From NCBI GenBank assembly GCA_020524525.2, contig CP129018.1:1204115-1244114 (forward strand): a DNA stretch of 40,000 nt, read 5' to 3'. The position numbers and the translations under genes are program-made. A model generated the notes under the pieces. The model was not told where the DNA came from, did no database searches, and saw nothing but the letters and a program-made list of their open reading frames with translations. Source of the DNA: Sutcliffiella tianshenii. Its GTDB lineage: Bacteria; Bacillota; Bacilli; Bacillales; Bacillaceae_N. The first letter of the stretch is position 1. Each line of letters starts with the position of its first letter. Below are positions 26,489-33,008 of the stretch, one piece after another.

Positions 26489-28129
26489 GTGTATAAAAAA
26501 CCATTGATCATTCATCCTGACAGCAGGAATATTTATTTGTTGGAAGGTTTAGATGAAAAAGGAGAACTCGGTCAGGAGTTAATTGAATTCGCAGATTTAA
26601 TTCAAGCACCCGAGCAAGTCCATACCTATGCTTTAACCCCATACGCGTTATGGACTGCAAAAGCAAAAGGAGTAGAAGTAGATTATATTATTCGCTTCTT
26701 AGAGCAACAATCTCAAAATGTAGTACCAGATTCGTTAAAAGAGACAATTAAAAAGAATATGAACCATTTTGGAGCATTACAATTTTCCATGGATGATGAT
26801 CGTTTGCAATTACAGGCAAGAACGGAAGAGTTAATAAGCGAAATTAAAGCCATTGAGGGAATTCAAAGTAAAATCGTATGTCATCCAGATCCGAAGACTT
26901 TATTGTTTAAATCTCGGTACAGAAAAGAGATTAAGAAACTACTCTTTGAGCAGGAATTATTTGCAAAAGATATTGTTTATGAAGTTGGAGAGGAATTAGA
27001 TATTACCAGCATAAACCTTCAACTATTGGATTACCAGCATGCTGCAGTTGAGTCGTATTTAACTTTTAACCATCAAGTTGGTGGTAGTGGAACGATAATT
27101 ATGCCACCGAACTCAGGAAAAATCCTAGTCGGAATTAAAATCATTGAGGCATTAAAAACATCAACACTAATAATTGTCGAGGATAAACATAGGGCAGAGA
27201 AGTGGAAAGGTGAACTCATTGAAAAGACAGACCTGTCTGAGAGCAATATTACATTCTTTAGTAAGGAAGACAAAAGCTTAAAACCAATTACAATTGGAAC
27301 ATATGAAAATCTTGCTGATCACGTAGAGGATTTGGAGGGTTTTGGTTTTGTGATATATGATGATGCTCATAAACTTCCAACGCCAACACATGAAAGAACA
27401 GCAGATATTCAAGCAACGAATAAATTAGCTTTAGCATCAACTCTAGCAAGATCTGATGGCAATGGCCATCTTGTTTTTGCATTAATTGGGCCAAGGTGGT
27501 ATGAAGTACTACACCGATCCCTGGTAAACCGAGGATACCAAGTTCCTGTGAGGTGCGTAGAAGTTAAAATTCCTTTACCACCAGATGAGCGGCGTGATTA
27601 TATTGCTAGAGATCATAACAAGAAAGTAAATCCAGACACTTTAAATTCTAACAAATATAAGGCGTTATCAATTTTATTAAAAAAAGAGAAAGCAAAAAGA
27701 TTATTGGTTGTTTCTTATTTCAATGAGGTTACAACAACGTGTAGTGAACTAATTGAAATAGATACATTGATGAATCAGTTAGGTGAAGAAAAGCAACAAT
27801 ACCTTATAGGTTCATTTAACAGTAGAGAGATTGATAAATTAATAACATCCTCAAAACTTATTGAAAATATGACACTTTCCATGGTTGAAGTGATGATTGC
27901 CTTATCCCATCAACAAGGGTCTGTAAGGGAAGAATATCTCCGGATCGGGAAATTACTGCCTGCAGAAGAATGGAAAGAAGATGCTGTATTGTATTCACTC
28001 GTTTCATTAAATACGGATGAGGAAAGACATTATTCCAAAAGAAGACGAAAACTTATCAATTATGGATTTCATTATCGAATTCTTACATTTGAGGAGTTAG
28101 TGGATAGGGGTGAGTTTTTTGAATCATAA
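26489..28129 (+). CDS. XPB/ERCC3(Rad25)-like SF2 helicase homologue with degenerate ATPase motifs
   Basis: The N-terminus PLIIHPDSRNIYLLEG...PEQVHTYALTPYALWTAKAKG...VVPDSLKETI matches the XPB N-terminal domain. GGSGTIIMPPNSGKILVG, VIYDDAHKL, LASTLARSDG and IGPRWYEV...GYQVPVRCVEV align with XPB motifs I, II, III/RED and the following segment. Confidence 0.8.
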   Translation: MYKKPLIIHPDSRNIYLLEGLDEKGELGQELIEFADLIQAPEQVHTYALTPYALWTAKAKGVEVDYIIRFLEQQSQNVVPDSLKETIKKNMNHFGALQFSMDDDRLQLQARTEELISEIKAIEGIQSKIVCHPDPKTLLFKSRYRKEIKKLLFEQELFAKDIVYEVGEELDITSINLQLLDYQHAAVESYLTFNHQVGGSGTIIMPPNSGKILVGIKIIEALKTSTLIIVEDKHRAEKWKGELIEKTDLSESNITFFSKEDKSLKPITIGTYENLADHVEDLEGFGFVIYDDAHKLPTPTHERTADIQATNKLALASTLARSDGNGHLVFALIGPRWYEVLHRSLVNRGYQVPVRCVEVKIPLPPDERRDYIARDHNKKVNPDTLNSNKYKALSILLKKEKAKRLLVVSYFNEVTTTCSELIEIDTLMNQLGEEKQQYLIGSFNSREIDKLITSSKLIENMTLSMVEVMIALSHQQGSVREEYLRIGKLLPAEEWKEDAVLYSLVSLNTDEERHYSKRRRKLINYGFHYRILTFEELVDRGEFFES

Positions 28130-29231
28130 AGAAGCCCTTTCGCAATTAAGCCGAGAACAGGTAAATGAAATATTGGATAAGCTAAGAATCGAACCATTTA
28201 AGGGTGCCACGAAGGCATGGATTGCTAAGGATATCGCAGCATTTTATCAAGATTCAAAAAAGTTTCATCGTGTGATACAAAGCTTTGGTGAAAAGACTAT
28301 AAATGACTTACTTCTTTTTGCACATATTCAAAAGCCAATTAATAATGAACAAGCACAGTTATTTAATGATTACGGAATACTTGTTGAGGGAGAGCTTCCA
28401 GTTGATTTGAAAGATTGTTTAATTCAGTGGTCAAGATCGATGTTTGTTAAAACTTTTTCATCAATAAGTGAAGGTACTAACCATAGCTTTTTCTTAAAAT
28501 GTGTTTTATTACTTAATTACTTTGAAAGAGAGCAGAATGTAAAATTAACTCAGAGAAAAAATGATCGTAATGTTCGGCTTTTGACAGAAGAGTTAATCAT
28601 GGACAAGGAAACAGTTTGGAAAGTAATTAATATTTTAGTTAATTATGGATTTCTCAAGAGAACTAAACATCTTTATGAACTTAATGTACCTGCTTATAGT
28701 AAATGGAAAAAGCAAACAATAGACAAGGTTTTAGAAAGCTTTTATGAGAAGCAAGTTGGAAGTAGAGGTATTTTGTTTTTACAAAAAATCTCCAAATACC
28801 AACAGAAACCTGATGAATGGGTTGATATGACTGTTATTTCAGACACTGCTATAGAATTTGACCAATCCAGGCAATTAGGCTTAATACATGTTCATAAGGA
28901 GTCAGGAAACACATATGTTCAATTGATGCCGGAGGGCTGGTATCTTACTAAAAAGCTAGTTCATCCGTTATGGACTCAAGAAGCATTGTTAGTATCAGCT
29001 TCATTTGAAATTTTTGTACCTTATCATTACGATCCATTTATACTATTTGAACTTCTGCCAGTATGTAGAATGAAAGATTCACATTACTTTTTAGTATTTG
29101 ATATTGAACTGGATCAGGTGAAGAAAAATAAAAAGGTTTTACAAGAGTTTTATTACACTTTAACTGGATGTGCTTCAGTCATTCCGGATGTAGTTGAATA
29201 TGAACTTAAAACTACAATGGTTAAATTATGA
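28110..29231 (+). CDS. Helicase-associated partner protein (central wHTH, C-terminal XPB-NTD/p52-like domain)
   Basis: Overlaps the helicase 3' end by 20 nt. KETVWKVINILVNYGFLKRT looks like a wHTH recognition region. The C-terminus ALLVSASFEIFVPYH...LFELLPVC...YFLVFDIELDQVKKNKKVLQEFYYTLTG..VIPDVVEYEL parallels the helicase N-terminus. Confidence 0.65.
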   Translation: MSFLNHKEALSQLSREQVNEILDKLRIEPFKGATKAWIAKDIAAFYQDSKKFHRVIQSFGEKTINDLLLFAHIQKPINNEQAQLFNDYGILVEGELPVDLKDCLIQWSRSMFVKTFSSISEGTNHSFFLKCVLLLNYFEREQNVKLTQRKNDRNVRLLTEELIMDKETVWKVINILVNYGFLKRTKHLYELNVPAYSKWKKQTIDKVLESFYEKQVGSRGILFLQKISKYQQKPDEWVDMTVISDTAIEFDQSRQLGLIHVHKESGNTYVQLMPEGWYLTKKLVHPLWTQEALLVSASFEIFVPYHYDPFILFELLPVCRMKDSHYFLVFDIELDQVKKNKKVLQEFYYTLTGCASVIPDVVEYELKTTMVKL

Positions 29232-29515
29232 GAAGATGTATAAAGAGTTAACATAGTAACCCACCGAGTTGACGTATAGGATTCTATACAGATACTTGGT
29301 GGGTTTGGGTCATTCCCATAGCTGTCTGAATCACGAAACTTACCATTTTTTCCTTGAATCCTTAATTCTGAACTGTTGCTTTTGGCCCGTTCTCTTCCAT
29401 AACTTATAGCATCCCTTTGAGTATCGAATGTTTTTGCTACCCTTGATTTGTTTTTACCACGAACTGCCCATTTATCTCCGTGTCTTACAACGTATTGATT
29501 ATCTTTGTTTGCCAT
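29153..29515 (-). CDS. DUF2188-family small protein; the ORF runs on past the expected end through the hairpin
   Basis: MANKDNQYVVRHGDKWAVRGKN...TQRDAISYGRERAKSNSSELRIQGKNGKFRDSDSYGNDPNPP (73 aa, ending near 29297) matches DUF2188. A further 47 codons overlap the convergent gene and look non-native. SD GGAGGGAGG upstream. Confidence 0.7.
   Translation of the reverse strand: MANKDNQYVVRHGDKWAVRGKNKSRVAKTFDTQRDAISYGRERAKSNSSELRIQGKNGKFRDSDSYGNDPNPPSICIESYTSTRWVTMLTLYTSSHNLTIVVLSSYSTTSGMTEAHPVKV
29259..29303 (+). repeat. Hairpin repeat family A, copy 2
   Basis: ACCCACCGAG ... GTATAG-gatt-CTATAC ... CTTGGTGGG. The stems are the same as copy 1 but the loops differ. It lies between the convergent genes. 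Confidence 0.8.
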
Positions 29516-29655
29516 TATTACACCTCCCTCCTTTTTTTACAAAATTCAACAAATTTATAAGAAACACCTTCTATTTACTGGGAATTTTGTTAAACTAAAT
29601 TTAATAGATGTCGACAGTTTACATTGCTATAGAGTGAAGATTAGGGGTGTTTAGT

Positions 29656-30525
29656 ATGGAATGTGCTTTGTGTAATAAAGATACCACTTTAGAATTAAGT
29701 CATATAATTCCGAAATTCGTTTATCGTAGCATGAAAAAGAATTCTCCTACTGGTAATATGCGATTAATGAGTGAGCCAAATAGAAAAATACAAGATGGTG
29801 ACAAGCAACAAATGCTATGTGGGGAATGTGAGGATTTGTTTAATCAAGATGAAACAACTTTTGCAAACACAATTTATCATAAATATCAGTCAGGGACGTT
29901 ACAAGAATTCGAGTACGGTCCTTGGTTTAACCGATTTATAACCTCTGTGAACTGGCGAAATTTGTATTTGGACATTATCGGATTTGTGTCAGAACAGAAT
30001 ATTGATCCCTTCAGATTAGATGTGTTAATTCATGCTGAAAAAGTTATGCGGGGCTATTTATTAGGAGAAAGTCAAGATTTAAGGGATATAGAAAATCATG
30101 TATTCTTTTTCAATCCTATAGAAACAGCTTCAGAAGATATGGCTGATTTAAACTTACATACTGTTTTTGGAGGTAGTGTTTTTGGTTATACATTTATCAG
30201 CCATGATCATGATTCATACTACGTTTTTTTGAATCTTCAAGGATTAGTCTTAGTTACTATTATTAAATCGGCTAGACAAGAATCATGGAATAACACCTTA
30301 GTGCATAAAGAGGGTAGATTTGACCCTAATAAACCTCAGCATATTACTTCACCATTATTTTCAGAATTTGAATATCTTGCTCAAGAACGTAAAAAATCAA
30401 TGGAGCAAATGTCTAATAAGCAGCGAGAAAAAATTATTGAAGGCATAAAAAAAGACCCAGAAAGATTTAAAAACAGTAAAGCTTATGAACGTATGTTGAA
30501 TGATCAACGACTTAGAAATAAGTAA
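29656..30525 (+). CDS. Hypothetical protein with N-terminal Cys4 zinc-ribbon (CALC...SHIIPKF...CGEC), unknown family
   Basis: ATG 29656 lies 6 nt after GGGGTG (the ORF track starts at GTG 29647). CxxC-x46-CxxC with an SHIIP motif between them. 289 aa. Confidence 0.65.
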   Translation: MECALCNKDTTLELSHIIPKFVYRSMKKNSPTGNMRLMSEPNRKIQDGDKQQMLCGECEDLFNQDETTFANTIYHKYQSGTLQEFEYGPWFNRFITSVNWRNLYLDIIGFVSEQNIDPFRLDVLIHAEKVMRGYLLGESQDLRDIENHVFFFNPIETASEDMADLNLHTVFGGSVFGYTFISHDHDSYYVFLNLQGLVLVTIIKSARQESWNNTLVHKEGRFDPNKPQHITSPLFSEFEYLAQERKKSMEQMSNKQREKIIEGIKKDPERFKNSKAYERMLNDQRLRNK

Positions 30526-30643
30526 TATAACCTTCAAATAATAAAAAACATCTGAGTCTGCTTAATGCCTTAAAAGGTGATGGGCTTATTTTCTGTACAT
30601 TCTTAAATACATCTACACTGCATAGTAATCAAAACTACATTTT

Positions 30644-30712
30644 GATGATGACGAAAAGATACCGGATAGTAAAAGTAAAAGAAAATATTATACGGTGATG
30701 AAGCAATGTAGG
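30644..30712 (+). pseudogene. 3'-terminal remnant paralogous to the end of 25397..25720
   Basis: No start codon, and stops lie just upstream. Encodes ...DDEKIPDSKSKRKYYTVMKQ, versus ...LLPERQRKHKYYMVKK in the full copy. About 45 nt are near-identical (AAATATTATAyGGTGA.GAAG.AATG.AGG.ACCCACTGA). Confidence 0.45.
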
Positions 30713-30713
30713 G

Positions 30714-30748
30714 ACCCACTGATTTGGTTGATGAAACCGCTTGGTGGG
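30714..30748 (+). repeat. Hairpin repeat family A, copy 3 (short loop variant)
   Basis: ACCCACTGA ... GGTT-gatgaa-AACC ... CTTGGTGGG. Confidence 0.7.
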
Positions 30749-30788
30749 CCTGTTCTTGTTGTTACGAAATGTTTATCCCTATTGTATT

Positions 30789-30850
30789 AACGGGGGCGAA
30801 TGCTTAACAAGAGTATTTGCTTCTTTCGTTATATGCTTCTTTAGTTTAAT
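30789..30850 (+). repeat. Hairpin repeat family B, copy 1
   Basis: AACGGGGGCGAATGCTTAACAAGAGTATTTGCTTCTTTCGTTATA...TTAGTTTAAT. Confidence 0.75.
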
Positions 30851-31111
30851 AATATTTTGGGTTTTTATGGTGAATTAGTATCAAGGAGGGGAACTTAATT
30901 TTTCTACAACTTCTATTGGTGATTTATATTTTCATTTTTACTGTTTTTAGTTGGTTTGATTACAGAAGAGATATGAAGAAAGCAAAGGGAGAGCAAGAAA
31001 TAAGAAATGTATTTGTTCGGTTTCTTTTTGCAATTATTGCATTGGTTTTATCCATTTTAGTATTTATTTTTTAACGGTGAGCGTATCTAGAAGTACGAAA
31101 GTAGAGGGTTA

Positions 31112-31549
31112 ATGCCTAAAATAAAAATATTTCATTATTTATTATTATTTTTACTGTATTTACTAATATTAACATAGTGTCCAGGAACGGCAGATTATAG
31201 TGTTGACCTACCAGGAGATTACTCAGTTATAAGAACATCAGCACATGAAATGAAAATTGCTCTTAAAAAGAATGAAGATATTTGGGGAAGCGAAGTTATC
31301 CCGACTAAAGTTACAGAGGTTGCTTGGAACGATAATTATATCCTTGCAAAACAGGTCGGTTTGAAAGAAGACCCTGATAGTAGTAATGGTTATAAAATTC
31401 CTAATAAAGATGACGTGAATTTTTGGATATTAAATTATAAGTCGGTAGAAGTATTTGGTCCTTTGGGTAGCAATGATTTTATTAAAAAGAAGAATAAGTT
31501 GGAAATATCACAAGATGTGGAATTGAAGAAGATTCAGGATATAAAATAG
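31112..31549 (+). pseudogene. DUF3997-like lipoprotein gene interrupted by an in-frame TAG at the lipobox -1 position
   Basis: ATG 31112 encodes MPKIKIFHYLLLFLLYLLILT-TAG(31175-31177)-CPGTADYSVDLPGDYSVIRTSAHE, continuing in frame into the listed ORF 31250..31549. Confidence 0.7.
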
Positions 31550-31564
31550 CTTACTATTTGCACT

Positions 31565-31622
31565 AGCGGGGGCAAATATGTTTAACAAGGGTATTCGCTT
31601 ATTTCGTTATAGAGCAGGTTAA
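31565..31622 (+). repeat. Hairpin repeat family B, copy 2
   Basis: AGCGGGGGCAAATATGTTTAACAAGGGTATTCGCTTATTTCGTTATAGAGCAGGTTAATG. Confidence 0.75.
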
Positions 31623-31636
31623 TGCAAAAAGGGGAG

Positions 31637-31832
31637 ATGAGGATGAGTAAAGATAAAGAAACTCCTAAAGAAAGAAGAGAGACTAAGACAAAGTGAGTTA
31701 AACAATCCTTCTAGTAGCGTGCATGGGAGTAATCTCTTTGATTTAGTGGGTGGGTTAGGCTGGAAGGGTGCTGGAATACTTATTCTGGTATTGGTATTAG
31801 GGTTTATAATTTATGCTGCCTTCTTTCGTTAA
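31637..31832 (+). pseudogene. Small membrane protein gene (DUF6366-like) split by a frameshift in a GA-rich tract
   Basis: (MR)MSKDKETPKERRE stops at TGA 31694-31696. The +1 frame continues ERLRQSELNNPSSSVHGSNLFDLVGGLGWKGAGILILVLVLGFIIYAAFFR to TAA 31830-31832. The junction is at AGAAGAGAGAC (~31672-31683). Confidence 0.6.
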
Positions 31833-31919
31833 CGGAGGCATTAATTAAACACCAATGGTTTGAAATAATCCAAAATGATATAATTAGATAAAATATTCAT
31901 GGAAGAGGTGATTAACAAC

Positions 31920-32117
31920 ATGAATACTGCAAGGGAACGATTACTTAAAATTATTAATGAAATTCCAGAGCAAGAAGTCGATAAAATTTTAGACTTTGCT
32001 GAATATTTAAAGGCAAAAGCAGAAACAAATCTATCAGAAGATTTAACAAAAGCGAGTGAAAGTAGCATTGATTTTTGGGATAATGATATAGATGATGAGG
32101 TTTGGAATGATGTATAA
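31920..32117 (+). CDS. Antitoxin (DUF2281-like) of a MazF-type TA pair
   Basis: ATG 31920 lies 8 nt after GAAGAGGTGA. MNTARERLLKIINEIPEQEVDKILDFAEYLKAKAE pattern. Overlaps the toxin start. Confidence 0.7.
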   Translation: MNTARERLLKIINEIPEQEVDKILDFAEYLKAKAETNLSEDLTKASESSIDFWDNDIDDEVWNDV

Positions 32118-32445
32118 ACAAGGTGATATTGTTTTAATTCCAGTGCCATTCAGTGACTTATCCAATAGAAAACAACGTCCTGTTCTTGTTATTTCAAACG
32201 ATGATTATAATTATGCGACTGATGATATTCTTGTTGTTGCTATTACATCACAATTAAAAGATCTTGATTATTCAGTGGTAATTGAACAAAAAAACTTAGA
32301 CGAAGGTACTCTTAAAGTTACATCAGCAGTGAGAGCTGACAAAGTATATACACTTTCAAAAGGAATTATCAGAAAAAGGTTTGGCAAAGTGAACACAGAT
32401 GTATTAAATAGTGTACGAACTAAAATAGAACACTTAATAAAATAG
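32107..32445 (+). CDS. PemK/MazF-family toxin (endoribonuclease)
   Basis: (M)MYKQGDIVLIPVPFSDLSNRKQRPVLVISND...ILVVAITSQ...VRADKVYTLSK is a classic MazF/PemK pattern. Has an 11-nt overlap with the antitoxin. Confidence 0.85.
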   Translation: MMYKQGDIVLIPVPFSDLSNRKQRPVLVISNDDYNYATDDILVVAITSQLKDLDYSVVIEQKNLDEGTLKVTSAVRADKVYTLSKGIIRKRFGKVNTDVLNSVRTKIEHLIK

Positions 32446-32465
32446 TAATTTATACTTGTATTAAG

Positions 32466-32489
32466 GGGCTGCGATAAGCAGTCCTTTTT
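32466..32489 (+). terminator. Terminator after the TA operon
   Basis: GGGCTGC-gataa-GCAGTCC followed by TTTTT. Confidence 0.65.
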
Positions 32490-32538
32490 GGTATCAAATG
32501 AAATCTTGTTATGTGAATGTTTTCACTTCAATTAACAG

Positions 32539-32991
32539 GTGCTTTATTTACACAATGGGATCGTCAATGGCGTTCTTTTTTCAATTGAAAAGCAAACAAG
32601 TGGGGATTTAAAAGGAACTTGGAAGATTGTGGATGTTAAAAGAAAGAAAATCAACAGGATTCCAGTCCCTAAGAAATTTATTAAAGAAGCGTTAATAGAA
32701 CGATTAGTTAACCCAATATTTAAGGCGGTTGAAAGTTATTATGGGGAGTCTAAACTTTGGTTTAGAGGCGATGAAAAGGTCCTTAAAATTATAAATGATG
32801 AAGGTGATATTAAGGTGATAGTTCAAGTGATGACATTTGAAGGAGCTCATAATTCTCCTTATGGTGAAGAAACAATAACCTTCCAAATTTCGAGTGGTGG
32901 TAATGTGAAGGTTGTCAATTATAAACATAGAGACATCCCAGAAAAAGAATGGACTAAGTTGAAATTGCGATTAAAGAGCAGGGTATTGTGA
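32539..32991 (+). CDS. DUF3888-like protein (probably N-terminally truncated)
   Basis: LVNPIFKAVESYYG...VIVQVMTFEGAHNSPYGEETITFQISSGGNVKVVNYKH matches remembered DUF3888. GTG start directly after an in-frame TAA. No signal peptide and no SD. Confidence 0.55.
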   Translation: MLYLHNGIVNGVLFSIEKQTSGDLKGTWKIVDVKRKKINRIPVPKKFIKEALIERLVNPIFKAVESYYGESKLWFRGDEKVLKIINDEGDIKVIVQVMTFEGAHNSPYGEETITFQISSGGNVKVVNYKHRDIPEKEWTKLKLRLKSRVL

Positions 32992-33008
32992 AAAATTATA
33001 CTTAAATA

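Noticed and set aside
31841-32149. ORF 31841..32149(-) opposite the antitoxin gene.
   Set aside because: It lies antisense to a well-supported TA operon, has Ser/Leu-rich shadow composition, and has no SD.
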